Source: Thelocarpon superellum (lineage: Eukaryota). From it: 64,000 nt of DNA. Each line of letters begins with the position of its first letter. The first letter of the stretch is position 1. Positions 12,901-26,288 of the stretch are shown piece after piece. The stretch is from the NCBI GenBank assembly GCA_026025795.1, contig JAPEUG010000011.1:1-64000 (forward strand), written 5' to 3'. The notes beneath the pieces are model-generated. The model saw only the letters and a program-made list of their open reading frames with translations, was not told where the DNA came from and searched no databases. The translations under genes were made by a program, and so were the position numbers.

Positions 12901-13185
12901 AAGGTGGGGTCTGCAGGCCTCTTCCAGCGCCTCACCCCAATCTCCCATCGTGAGCCGGGACGAAGATTCCGTCTATCGTGAACGTGTCACCGCCTGATCC
13001 CACCGCGGGCACGAGCCCTTGCGTCCTGCTTGGAGCCGCCAGCACAGAACACGCGTGGGCCCATCCGCTAGTATCGCCACCTTGACGCCTACAGTCGCAG
13101 GCGTCGACGCATGTAGTCTGCCCAAACTCTGCACCTCTTGTCGACTTGGACCTCTGTCGGAGCGGCAGGCTGTGTCACGGAGTTC

Positions 13186-16100
13186 ATGGGGGGCCAGCGA
13201 GGTGGACAGAGTCCCGGACATCGGCACGGCTTCCAACAGCCCTCCGCCAGACCGTCCAAGAGACGCAACACCGTCCATTCCACCATCCCCGAGGCCGCCT
13301 CCGCTGCGCCCTGGCCACCCACTCTCCCCCACTACGCTGCTCTTCATCCGCCCTTGCTCCCCCTCTACCTGCCGTTTTGGCAGTATCCTCAACTGCCGCA
13401 GCTCAACCCGTCGCTCTTCCTTCAGCCCACGTCACTCGCGCCACTTCTCGACGGCCCACTCCTCCCCAGCCCGGTCCCCTCGGACTCACGCTCACGATCG
13501 CCCCTCGACCCCACACGGCCGCACCCAGCATCAATCGACCGTCTTGTTGACCGGGGCCATGGCCGCTCACACCCGGCGCATGGAGGCGTCGGCGCTCGTT
13601 CCACGATGACCGCCAGCGATCCGGCCGCCGCTACCATGTCCATCCCCAACCTCGATCTCCCGCCCTCATCTCTCCGCCGACCCTCCGTGCCCCAGAACAA
13701 ATCGTCACTCTCCCTCCAGTCCAGCTCGGTGCCGTCGACCCCCAAGCAACATGCCCGCCAGCTCTCTCTCAAATCTCGCTCGCCGTCGCCGGAGGGGTTC
13801 AATCACTCCCCCCGCTCCACCCACTCGGAGTCCAATAGTCATCTGCCCCCGCTACGAAGACCGCCGGTTGGATGTCGATTCGAGACGGGCATGGCCTTCT
13901 CGAAGCGGCGGATACCCTACTCCATTGGCACTGACCGTTTAAGGAAAGCCGAAGTACCTCCCAAACGGGTCTTGGCGCCGGCGGAGGAGGAGAAGCTCTC
14001 GGCCGACATGAGGAATCTATATCATGACTTGCTACCCTCGACCGAGAGCGAAGGGCGCCGCACCCAGTTTGTGCACAAGCTGGAGCGCATTTTGAATGAG
14101 CAGTGGCCGGGCAGCGACATTAAGGTCCACGTCTTTGGTTCATCAGGAAATCTCTTGTGTACCAGCGAATCGGATGGTCAGGCCCGCGGCATCTAGCCCC
14201 CCATTCTGCGGTAGAGCTGACCCTGATAGTGGACATTTGTATTACGACCCCGCTGAGAGACCTCGAGCAAGTGTGCATGCTAGCCAACGCGCTCGCCAAC
14301 CGTAGGTAGAGCGGTCGCCAGGAGCGGGGTCCAATGCTGACATAGAACAGATGGTATGGAACGGGTTGTCTGCGTGCCTAGCGCCAAGGTACCCATTGTA
14401 AAATTCTGGGACCCCGATTTGCGCCTGGCGTGTGACATGAACGTGAACAACACTCTGGCGCTAGAGAATACCCGTATGGTCAAGCTCTACGTGGAGATTG
14501 ATGAGCGCGTTCGTCCGCTGGCCATGATCCTCAAGCATTGGACCAAGCGGCGCGTCCTGAACGATGCTGGTATGTAGACCGACTCCACGGCGCGCTCTCC
14601 GCTGGCCACTGACCCACCTGGACAGCGCTGGGCGGCACCCTGAGCTCCTACACCTGGATCTGCATGATCATCAACTTCTTGCAGACTCGTGAGCCCCCCA
14701 TCCTGCCCTCGCTCCATCACCATCCCCGCCCGAAACGAGGCGTGCAGTCTCAGGAGACATCGGCCTTTGCCGACGATCTCGAGACGTTGACAGACTTTGG
14801 GAAGCCAAATCCCGAGTCGCTGGGGAGCCTGCTCTACCACTTCTTTTGCTACTACGGACACGAGATTGATTACGACACGGCCGTCGTCTCGGTCCGACAG
14901 GGCAAGGTCATCTCAAAGGAGGCCAAGGGCTGGCACTTGATGCAGAACAACAGCCTGTGCGTGGAAGAACCCTTCAACGTGAGCCGCAATCTGGGCAACA
15001 CGGCCGATGAAACGGCGTTCCGTGGCCTGCACCTCGAGCTGCGGCGTGCCTGTGCCTGCTTGGAGAATGACGCGGACTTGGAGCGCTGCTGTGAGCAGTA
15101 CATCTTCCCCGCGGAAGAAGAGCGCGTGTGGGAGAAGCCCCCACCGCAGCCTAAGCCAGTCCTGTCACGCACGGGATCCCAGACACCCTCGACTCGGGCC
15201 GCTCGGCCCGGTGGGGGCGGGACCCGGGGCCGGCATCTCAACAACCAAGCATATCGTGGGGGCAGTGGCAACCGGCGTTCCTCGAGCAGCGCCTCGCTCA
15301 ATGGGCCCCCGCCGCTTGCTGTGTCTCAGCCCCACCAACCTCATCCACCTCTGCCACCTCAACCACCTCACCCACCCCACCAATCCCACCAGGCCCTGCC
15401 AATCCAGGATGCCTACCGACATTCCCCACAGCTCCAGGCACAACTGCAGCTGCATCTACAGGATCGACTCTTCCATGACTACCAGATCCTGCAGGCGCGG
15501 GAAGCGGAGCTGCGGGTCCGCCAAGCGCACGCGCAAGCCATTGCGCAGGCCCAGGCGCGGGGCGATGTCTCTGCGGCCACGTCGGTGCCCATGCCGACGC
15601 TTGCCTATCTCAATGGACCATTCACCGCGTACTCGACGTCGCTGGAGAATCCGCCTGCAACAGCACCGCTTCGGCCGGACCTGTACATGTACTCGCTCCC
15701 ACACCATGCCGCCCCGTCATTCTTTTCTCCGGGAACAAGCACCAACCCTTCGTCTCCATCGATCACCCCTGTCCTGCCTGAGCTCAGACGTACGCTCCGG
15801 CGCACACCGATAGCCGATGGCTCGGCCACGGGGTCCCTTCGATCACAGTCGCAGCCGGCACGGCCTCTTGCGTCGTCCCTCTCGGCGCAGGGAAATATAG
15901 CCGCGGTGAACGGCCTGGGGTTGCATGCCACGCCGCAACTCCAACAGTACGAAACGCGGATCGTGCCGAATGCCGGGTTGGACGTGCAGGGTGGCCAAAT
16001 GCGAGACGTCTCGCGAGGGACCTCGCCTCAGGACGAGGGCACACCCAAAGAATACCTTGGGTACTACGTGGGAGGCTCTCCGCCCCTGCAACAGCATTAC

Positions 16101-17081
16101 GGGGAGAGCTTGCTACAGCCGGTGCCTACTTTTGGGGACCTCACCGGTCGCCGACGACGAAGCTCCGCGAAACAGGTCCTGCTGGATCGGCTTCGATTGG
16201 GCTCCCGTTCGCCATCACCAACGGAACGAATTCCGACCGTGTCGAGCGAGCCTGTCGTTGCGGATGGAGGAGGCTCGGCTGGACGGTCGAACGAGCCGGT
16301 CAGTGTGGATCGTTCGTGTCAAGATCACGGACCCCTGATCGTGGATGGATCGACTTCGTCGGTACCTGTGGAAGTACATCAGCCACAGGCTTACATGAGC
16401 GAGAGTGCCTCGACCTCGGATGACCTTAACTCGGATACGCCGGCTACTACGGCTGAGCCCGCCTATCTGGAACCTGCTGAAGAAGAGCGTGCTGCTGGCG
16501 AAATTCGAAAGCAGGGTGACGTTGCGCTCGACATCCCGGGTGATGACTTCCCTCCGCCGGCAACCATGGTGGGTATTCCCACCGTTCCCACCTCCCTCTC
16601 GGAAGCGCTTCGTCGTGGGTCAGGGACGCAGACAGCGGAATCACCGAGCGTGCAACCGATGACGCCGACGTTACTTCCCCCCCTCGACATTGCTTCATCG
16701 GATCAGGCTGCGATGGCACCTGTGTTGTCGCCGGTCTATGAAACGCAGACACCTTCGCCTACCGGACGGCGTAAAGTTGAGAGCCCGAACGAGGCGAAGA
16801 ATCACAGCCTCCGGAAGAGCCCCAAGGACCAGGGCTCTCGAGAGCTGCAGCCTCCGCCCACGCCAGCAGCTGGTGCCAATTCCTTCAAGGAATCAAGATC
16901 AGCAGCGGAAACGTCGAACGGGCTAGACAAAGCCGTGACCAATCCCATCGGTGCCACGAATGGGTGGAAAGCAGCTGGCAAAGGGAGGAAAACCAGATCT
17001 GGCGGGAAGAAGGGATCTGGATCATCCATCGCCGCCGGGGAAATGCCGCTCGTGGGCGAGATGGAACGAAAAGGCGGATGA
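13186..17081 (+). CDS. cutA: Cid1/CutA-family non-canonical poly(A)/terminal nucleotidyltransferase (Pol-beta NTase + PAP-associated domain), 4 exons
   Basis: FGSSGNLLCTSESDVDIC (GS + DxD), AKVPIVKFWDP, ACDMNVNN (third Asp), GGTLSSYTW, LCVEEPFNVSRNLGNT; long disordered termini. Introns 14177-14229, 14302-14350, 14570-14625. Start uncertain (13186 or later ATGs near 13606 and 13636). The family call is firm; cutA orthology is an inference. Confidence 0.88.
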
Positions 17082-18076
17082 AGAGTTGAAGCTCGGCGAT
17101 CTCGTCTCGGGTTGGAGATTCTTCAGCCGCGGCCATGACGCCGGAGCGAGATCAGGCTGGTCGAACCGTCCAAGGCGCCTTTTCTTGCACGTCGATGTGT
17201 CGGAAGCTTCCACGAGGAGCACCCTACTTCGGTAGACGAACGATGTCAAACAGGATCAATCATCGGTCGATGAGGCCTGTCCTCATCGTTGGCCAAGTTC
17301 GCCTTTCTGCCCATCTACAGAGATGGAGCGGCGGATTTTCATTACCCTATGGTCTTGGCACACACCGCGCGCACGCCCAGCACGTTCGCGGACTCATTAC
17401 TTGCGCGCGCCTTCATGCCAAACACTTTGATGCACCCTCAAGAGGAGTCAGGTCAGGCCTGGTTTGTTCTGATCTGGGTCATCCGTGCACTGATTTGTAC
17501 GGTCGATGATGTTGACGACGAAAGGGTTCCACTGTCACACATGCAAGCGTTTTGCTTTTTCCCTTGTCTTTCCCTTGTCTTTTCTTCTTCCTTTCTCTGC
17601 GCTCGGGTTGGGTTGAAATGGAACGAAATGGGTACAGGCAGGATCACGGCGGAGTTTGATGGAACGGGAACGACGTCAGAAGGAGAAAAAAAAAGGAAGA
17701 GTGAATGGGACGAGGACTGGAGGCAAGAAAGGTAAATTGAAAGAGATGAAGGGGAAACGAGGGAGACAGGAGACAAAGGGAGGCAGATGATACAGATGAA
17801 GCAGATGAGAAGCGACTTGTGTAGTCTAGTGTAGTCTAGTCATCCAATGTCCCGTTCTCATTGACTTGCTAGTGAGTGTCGAAGTACCGAGAGATGAGTA
17901 CAGGCGGCGAGAATGAAGTACGGAGACGTAGTGGGGGAGGAAGGTAAAGATACGGATGATTCCTCTATTTGCTCGTTCTTTATTGCGGTCCGATCTAATG
18001 CGTAGATGAGTGGAGGGACGAACGGGAAGGCGGAGAAGTCAGCCTCAATTCTGGAGAGCGAGATTAGGCATGACGC

Positions 18077-18194
18077 GGGGCGGGGCGGGGCGGGGCGGGG
18101 GCGGATTGGGGAAGGAGGGGAGATTACGACCACCGCGTTCCACGCAGCTCTTTTTTGAGACCGTCTCGTCTCATCTCATCTCATCTCATCTCAT
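18077..18194. repeat. (GGGGC)n G-run tract and (TCTCA)n pentamer repeat between the convergent cutA and PSY2 genes
   Basis: ggggcggggcggggcggggcgggggc at about 18077-18102; tctcatctcatctcatctcatctcat at about 18169-18194. Confidence 0.85.
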
Positions 18195-18568
18195 CCGATC
18201 TGTTTGCATCTCATGCCACGTACACGTAACATATACACATGATTTGCCCTATGCTGATTTACTCTACTCTCCTATGCTCTCCTCTGCCGTGCTGTGCGGT
18301 GCGGTGCGGTGTGGTGTGGTGATAACATCGGGCAAGTAGGGGCGTGCCATCGCCTCACACTAGAAGTGGGGCGATCGATGAAGTGTGGTGGTCATGGTGA
18401 TGGTGATTGGTGGGGCCTCATGGGTTGGCGAACGTAGAGGTGTGAGAGGGAGGGAAAGAGGGAGGACGGATGTGTGAGGAAGAGGATAGGTCGACGGAGA
18501 GACAGTGGGAGAAGTAGAGTAAAGAGGAGATCACACGACCCAAGTCACCACCACCTTCATCGCCATCA

Positions 18569-21500
18569 TCACCCACCATCGTCTCTCGACGACGCAGCCT
18601 CATCCCCCTTGCTGGCAGTACTCCGAGTAGCGGTTGTCGTCGTACTGGTAGGAGCGGTTGTGGTGGTAGTAGTAGTGGGAGTGGTACTCTTGACGGCTAG
18701 ACTGATGGCAATCTTCTTGCCGCCACTACCGCCACCAGTCGCGGTGGCAGTCCCCGAAGGAGAATTACTGCCTGTTGCTGTGCCATGATGGAAACTCTTC
18801 TTGCGCCGGAGCGCACTCCCACTGTTGTTCGGGGAAGAGGTTGAGGTGGTAGTGGGCGAGGTGAGCTTGCCCTCTTTCTCGCGGTCGCGGTCGCTGGCGC
18901 TGGTCACGCTGGCGCTGCGGCGCTTGTGGCCTTGTGACAGCTTGCCTAACTCGTCCTCTTCGTCTTCTTCTCGCCGGCGTTTCTCCGAGAGCCGTTCCGG
19001 CGGAGGAGTCGGAGGTTCTGACGGTAGCGACGCGGCTTTCTCGGTTGTGAGGAGCACTGGTGGAGACGAGGTCGGGGGAGGAGATGAGGTGGACAGGTTG
19101 GGTTCGAGGCTGATGCTTGTGGTAGTGGTGGTGCTGGCGTGGTTAGGTTTGGCGGGCGTGGATTCGTCCTTCGTGTCCATGACATCGTCGTCGTCGTCCG
19201 AGTAGTCGACCAGGGACTTGGTTCCGGGAGAGACGCCATTGACGGCTGCTTTGGGCGGAGAGGTGGGGATGGGTGCGGGTTCGTCCTCGTCGTCGGACGT
19301 GTTGAAGTATTCTTCCTCGGCCGGGTCCATCTCCTTGACGCCTTGCCACCGTCCATTCCCGTTCGCCTGCGCACGATCCGTCATCGTCGCTTCGGCCTCT
19401 TGCTGTGGGAATGTTGGCTCGGGTTGCGAGTTGTATCCTTGCATCTGATCGTATCGGAGGACGAGCTCCTGAAAGGTGTCGACGTAGGTGATGTCTTTGA
19501 TCTTCTCGCGGTAATTTTCCACGATGTGCGGGAGCAGGGCCTTGATGTTTTCGCGCTTGATGAACTCGAACAACTCCAAGCACGCCGAGTTCAGGAGGTT
19601 GTCCCGTGGCATCGTCTCGTAGACGATGTTGAGAATGGGCTCGAACAGGTGGTTCTGCATCAGCTGCCGGTTGTAGAACTCGTCCTGCAGGCCGATACAC
19701 GTGCGGAAGAATTTCAATGCCGCTGCGTCTGGTCAGCGCTTGCCTCGGGGAGGAGCCGGAGGAGACTTACTGAGCTTCAGATGCTTCTCCGGACACGACA
19801 GCAGCTGCGCGATGCGCGAGGCCAGTCCCTCGGCCAGGATGAAGAACTTGCTCCGGAACTGATGCTGCCGGATAAAGAAGCACAGGATCTCGACGAGGTG
19901 AGAGAAGAGCGAGACTTCTTGGATGGAGAAGTTGCGGACTGTCATGACGAATCAGCATGGGCGGGCAGGCGGGCAGGCGGGCAGGCGTCAGCAGCGAGCG
20001 GGAGACCCACCAGAATCCCGGAACTGCAGGTCCTTCAGTGGCTTGAAGAGCTTCTTGGCCGACTCGTCGTAGAAGTTCTGGATGAACAACTCAGTCTGGG
20101 GGTTCGCCTGAGTGTTGCCACGGAATCTCGACAGAAATTCGGTACTAGCCTTTCCAAGTCCCTCGGCCGGCGGATTGTTGGACTGCGGATCGAGTAGGAC
20201 CTTGATGGCGTCGGCAATCTGCGCTTTGACGCCCAGGTCGACCTCCACCAGCAGCAGCTCGATCAACGTGTCCGTCAGCGGGATCGACTTTTCATTCATC
20301 TGCTTGAAGATGAAGGCGCGCATCATGCTCGCGTCATGGTCAATCATCGCCACCAGCACGTCCGTGCCGGCGATCCGCACCGACGCGTCCTGATGTCGCA
20401 GGGCAAAGTTGATGACTTGGAACAGGCCATTCTGCACAAAGTTGGTGTAGAGCTGCGACCGCGCCGGGGCCTGGAGGTTCTTGGCGATGGCACAGCATTG
20501 CTGGATGAAGTGCACCGCGCTCTTCTTCCGCTGTTGATCCGGCTCCTGTGGATTGAAGAGGCCAAAGAGCTCCTTCAGGAAAACCCCGTTGGCTTGGAGG
20601 TGTTGCACAATGTCCACTTGGTTGAAGAAGATGAGCGAGTTCAGCACCGAGAAGGTCGGGTCGTCCAAAATCCGCGCGAGCACCACGTCCTTCAGATACT
20701 GCAGCCGATAGGTGTGGTGGATCTTCCGCCGCACGTTGAGGTCGTCGATGCGCACCACTTCCTTGTACTTGGACTCGTCCGACAGGTATTGCCGATGATT
20801 CGCCTTGTGACTGGGGAAATCAGGATCGTCTAGTGCCCCGTGGTCAGCGGTGTCTCCTCGGCTGCAACGCGCAACGGCGCCCGGCTTACATTCGAGTGCG
20901 CCCACGACGCCGAGGATGATGTTGTCCGTCACCACGTATTCGATGATGGCCGTGTCGTTGAGCAGGATCAGGGTCTTCATGATGTTGCAGAGCCGGTGCA
21001 GATCCGGGAGGCTCTCGAGATCCTCTGCGGTCGAGACGAGAGGGATGAGTTTGGGGATGTAGTCCTCGCCGATGATAAACTTGGAAAGCGAGTCGCGGCC
21101 GGGCTGATTGGCACTGGCGATTCGCATCATCTGCTCGATCTCCGCGAGGTTCGAGAGCTCGGGCGGGGGGAGGGACAGGGGGTTCGGAAAGGCGTCGAGG
21201 GCGTCATCGGAGAGGGCATCATCGGGCCCGGCCAAGGCCAGGAGCTGGGACTGCACATGGCTCACGAATTCCCAGATGGCGGTACAACCTTCCGCTTCCT
21301 GGAAGCTCAAGGCCATGTCGGTGCCGTTGGCTTCGGTCCACACGATGAGTGTATCTACGCCTCGAGGTCAGCGGCGATATGCAGTCGAGAGAATGCGAGG
21401 CGCGTGTCGGCCTTACCCTGCTGTTTTTGATATCCATCGTCCTTGGAGATTCGTGTCTCCAACAGCGTCCGCTCCGGTTGATCTTCGGACTCGACGTACA

Positions 21501-21698
21501 CTCGCGGTTCCTCCTAGAGCGACGCGCACACGCGTCAGTCTTTGAGGTCCGCGCGGAGGAGGAAAACAATGGACGTCATACGTTGACGATCTGTCCCGTG
21601 CAAAAGCCCGTGCCTCGGTCGAACCAGTCATTGTTCCGGAGCTCGTAGACCTTGACCCGCTTTCGATCACTCGGCGGCATCGGGATGGCCAGCGCCAT
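18569..21698 (-). CDS. PSY2: Protein phosphatase 4 regulatory subunit 3 (Psy2/SMK-1/PP4R3), 6 exons
   Basis: EVH1-like start [49 protein letters not shown]-1 domain [44 protein letters not shown]; low-complexity tail. Introns at about 21514-21581, 21355-21416, 20831-20890, 19941-20010 and near 19730-19770. Confidence 0.95.
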
Positions 21699-24600
21699 GA
21701 TCACGCGCAGTGCCGGCCGGGTTCCCTAAGGGCTCAGTCGTCGCAGCCGCGACGGGGCGTGGCGCAGACGTTGCGCATGCGCACGCGGACGCGGACGCGC
21801 TGGTCCCGACCCCAGTTGCTGCCCTGACGGGAGGAGCGCGCGCACGGGACACACCACGACGGCGGACGATGAGAGGAGAACGACCCCGCGGGGACCGATG
21901 ACTGATGACTGGTGACCGATGACCGAGGACCGGGGGCGGGAGCGGGGGAGGGGGGTGGGCGGTTGGTATCGCAAGGCGGAGATGGCGATGACGATATGGC
22001 GCGACGATGGGTTTGCGGCGGCTATGTGGGATCTAGCGCCGTGCGCGTGGCGGCTCCGGAGAGGCAGGGCGAGGAGGATGCGACGCAGTCATGCCCGAGG
22101 CGACGAGAGAGCGAGGGTGCGCCACAGGCGACGGGCAGCGAGAACGGCGAGAGCCAGGAAGCGCGGGGGTAACGGCGGTGATCGGAGGTCAGAGCTCCTG
22201 TGGGCGATGCCGCGGAAGGAGGTAGTATGAGGACAGCGATGAAACGTCGATGCCGCCCAGACTCGTAGCTGGATCCGCCCCAGTGGCGTTATTTTTGGTG
22301 GTGCGGTTGGGCCACTGGCTACTGGCACACTGCAAAGGCACTTGGCTAGGGACCGCGCTGGGGCCGCTGGCACGTGCTGGGTCGCTGCGCCGGCACAAGT
22401 ACGAGTACTTTTCTCGTCCTTGTCCTGCACCGTCGCACTTGCCTGATGCTGCTGCTGATCGCCTCGCCTACATCTGGGCCGCCGTTCGTCCTTGATCGTG
22501 CATCTGCTGCTGCTGGTTCTGTGCAGTACCGTGACGGCTGGTAGCCTGCGGCACTCGTGTGGCCCGCCTGCATGGTTGTAATCAATGCCTTGCCGTAAAT
22601 GAGCAGTTCCGACAGCATGGATCTACTCGTGGGCTACGGCAAGGTAGAGCGGTCGCTTTACCTCTGGTGGTCCTAGCCGAGGTGCTCGTCATGATGCTTC
22701 GAGCTTCGATTGCCCTTCCAGAAGGCACGTGAGTATCGACCTGTCGTTTTCCGTGTTGTGTCGCTGTCGCCTTGTGTCTGTGGAAGACAGAGACGGACAA
22801 AGCAAAACCATCTTGAACCGCCAAGCGCGGTTCCTACGGGAGCAGATCAAGGGTCTAGAGCCTGGGCCCACTGCGCTCGTATGTCCTGCCAACGCTGGAC
22901 GCTGCCAGGGTCACGTGAGACCTTGCTCACTCAGCGGATTACTGGGTAACTACTATGCAGCTACGAAGAACGGTTACCTTTTGAAGGTACCTAGATTGGA
23001 GGACGTCGGTCGGACGTGCTCCGGTAAACCAGTGCTAAGCGGCGTTGATGGTCCAAGTGTCAGAACAATGCAGGGTGTACCTTGCACCCACAGTCCTATC
23101 TCGCACGACTATTGATCCCCGATTACTGGCTGAGCACCGTATGTGAGCGGCCAGTCCCCTTCCGATCCTCCGCAACGGATACGACATGCATCTTTCCACG
23201 GGCCAGTCTTTCGGCCCCGGGCAGGCCTCGCGCATGGCGATTGGTGTCGGCGCCCGAGCTGGTCTCCGCCGGCGCCAGGGCGACGCTCGAGCGGGCTCCG
23301 TAACGGGACTATGTGGTGCTTCACCGGAGGAAAAAGCTCCCCCCCAATGCCTGTAGTGGTCCTCGTCGCTATGGGCATGGTGGACGCACCTACGGTGTTG
23401 TCGCGCTCTTCGCTCCGCGCTCCCGCCCACGACCTGAGACACTCAATAACGCTGCTGCGGGCGAGCCGCGCCTCAGCTGGCGATGATTGACAAGAGGTCA
23501 AGATGCTGGTGCGCGTACTCGTACAGAGGACCCTTTTGGGGCACATTTGGGGATCGCCAGGTTCCGGATGGCGACATGCGTGGCGTGGGATGACGCACCG
23601 ATCAGCACCCGGAGCGCCTGTCGTGGCGAGGCTCCGATGGTCCACGAGTGGGTGGCGTGGTGGCATGGACTACGACCAGAACTACCGGGGCCCTTCCAGT
23701 TGCTGGACGAGTTGGGCTCCGCCGATCGTCCCCGAAGCTCTATGAGCCAGAAGTAGCGGATCCATCGCGACGGGGGGGTCTTATATTCAGGCCACCAGCA
23801 CGGGTGGGCCGTCGCGGTGGGATCTGCGGGCGTTTCGCTCAGATCTCCCGACACCGGGATCATCGCGCGCCGGTCCCATGTCTTCCGGTCCCAGCAACCC
23901 CCCCATTGCTCGGTGATACCCAGCCTCCCACTAAGAAGGTGCTCGCTTCGCCCTGGCGCTGGGTGGAGGGGCAGCCCGTCGTCCCCCGGTCCCACGGCGT
24001 CGGGGGGGCTGATGGGCCGGCGGCACCGGACGGGATGGAGACACAAGGATGACCAGGACCTGTACGAGGACGGGCACCGCAGCTGCACCCTGCGCGTCTC
24101 ATTACCACCACGCGTTCTCTCCGCCCTTCGGCGCCGGCCAGCAGATGGCCGCGTCCCGAGCACATGTGGCCGATGGGCCATGCAAGCGGCGAGTCCGCGC
24201 GAGGACAGGACACGAGAGAGCGAACGCAGGCGCATGCATCTCACAGCCGTCAGACGTGCCAGGGTTTTCCACACATCCCAGGAACTAACCGGTAGCGGAT
24301 GAGCAAGGAAGTCCTACAGGACGTATTGGGCGATGGGGATCGATTTTACGCGTGCACGAAATGCGAGGTCCATGCTTGCGCCGGCGTCCATGTCCGCATC
24401 TATGTCCAGGTCCGTGTGTAGGAGCCAAGCCGATCGCTCAGACCACCTTGTAGCATCGAGTCCTCACTCTCATACCGCACTCTCCGCACCTGGAGCGTGG
24501 AGGCCACCCACCTCGCCTGTCACCATCCTGGCCTTCGGGTCCTGCCGAAGTGGTGGGAGGGCGAAGGCCTGTTTGCCGTGGTCGCCACAGGAACTGGTAA

Positions 24601-26288
24601 GTCAGCGTGGTGCGATGGAGCACGGTGGCGTCCAACTAGATGAAGCTCGAACGAGACATGCAGCACGTAGACAGCCAAATGGATGAGGGTACGAGGGGAC
24701 GAGGAGGGGACGAGGATGACTATGGTCCGAACGATCGGCACTGGCGCCGTGGCCGTAGCCCCCGGACCCTTTCCAGTCAGCTTCCTAGGCTCCGGGGGGT
24801 TGTCGAGGTGTCCGAGATGCGCCAGGGTGTGCTGGATAGCTATTAGCTAGCGCCTTCGTGGGCCACGTCTTCCGCCTACCGACAGGAGAGTTCGTGGGCA
24901 ACTTTTTAGAGAGGCCGGTAGAGGGTGGGCGGTCGGGCTTCCCTGCACGCCGGCGAGAATCTGCTAGCGCTTCTGGCTCAGAATGTCTCAGAAGGGAACA
25001 ACGCATACGATTGAAACGAATCGCTCGGATCGACTGATCTTACTGGCAGGGAGAAGCGAGTCACTAGCAGCGTGCCGGGGGGTGGGAGCTGTGGCTGCCC
25101 TGGGACGGCCCCTCCGGCCTTGCGCCAACGGGCCGGCGCTGGGTGGTCATCCCACGCTTTGCTCGCGCGAACGCCATCATCCCGTGGGGCCAGCGCATGC
25201 TCCCCCCGAGCCCACACCCCCTTCTCTCGGCCAGCGACATGTAGGGCCCACCCGGCCGGGAGCTGCACCGCATGGGCGGTAGGCGATGATGAGTGGTCAG
25301 TGGTCAGTGGTAAGAGGGACGAGTAGACAACATCGGTCCGCCGTGCCATCCTGGTCCGAACCTGCTCATCCTCGTCGGAGGGGGCTCAGCTCGGGTCCTA
25401 CTCGTGCGGCGTTCCTGGACCGCTCCCTTCGACATGCATCTTGGCTCGGACCAGGGTAGGGATGCAGTCGAGATGCATGGGCGGCGCTCTACTCGTACCA
25501 GGCTGCACAGGCAGCACCTCTGCTCCGCCGCGCTCCCTCAATTTCCAGACGAGCCTGCTGCGGGTGCTCCCAAGTGACACTGCAGCGAACCTGGCACGGT
25601 GCGCGGATTATTGGCAAAGAGATAAGGGGGGTCAAGCTCGATGATCATGCCCCGTCGTTGTCGCCATCGCTCAGGCTTGGCCGTCCAAGGCTCCCCTGCG
25701 CGGTCCAGGCCTTCGCTGCGTGGCGGCGAGAGAAGTCGTCAAATATCGAGCCTCGTCCACTTGCTTGTTCCTGCTCGGTCCAGAATCGCAGGCGAGCGCT
25801 TGGCCCCCGGCTGCCCTGCTCCTGTCTCCCTCTCGTCTGTCGGTGTGTCGCGGTGCTTGCGGCAGCTGCTTAGCGATCGCCCTGTCAGAATCGGCCTCTC
25901 CGCCTACGCAGCACCTCTGCGCTGGGCACCAGGGATATTTTTTTAGCCTGCTTAGCTTGCCGTGATCGACGCACGCTCCTCCACACGAGTTTGGGTGAAA
26001 CCAGACTTTGGGTCTCTAGGCTATCGGCGCGCCTGGGTACGAGGTGGGTCCAGCAAGCTCCATTGATATCAATTGCTCCCTCCGCTCTCGCCATGTCCCA
26101 TCTCTCCCCTCCCACCTCTACCTCTCGCCTTCCCTTTCCTCCAGGACTGATCCACCCTAGGTCCGTTCGTGTGAGAGAATCCTCACGCCCACCCTCTCGC
26201 CGTCACACCTGTCCCACGTGTCTCTCGACCCATCGTCCACCCCCCCTTTTCTGGCCCTGGACCCTTTCTTCCGCCCTGCTACGCCATC

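Noticed and set aside
10100..13100. Many 60-140 aa ORFs in the gap before cutA; a GGTTCGAGCC T-loop-like string on the minus strand near 12044-12053
   Set aside because: No domains or coherent splice pattern, and no T-stem or cloverleaf around the tRNA-like string.
21700..26280. 4.5-kb interval between PSY2 and the 26289 gene with ORFs up to 258 aa
   Set aside because: Arg/Pro/Ala-rich random-looking translations; no transposase, LTR or terminal repeats seen. Treated as divergent intergenic DNA.
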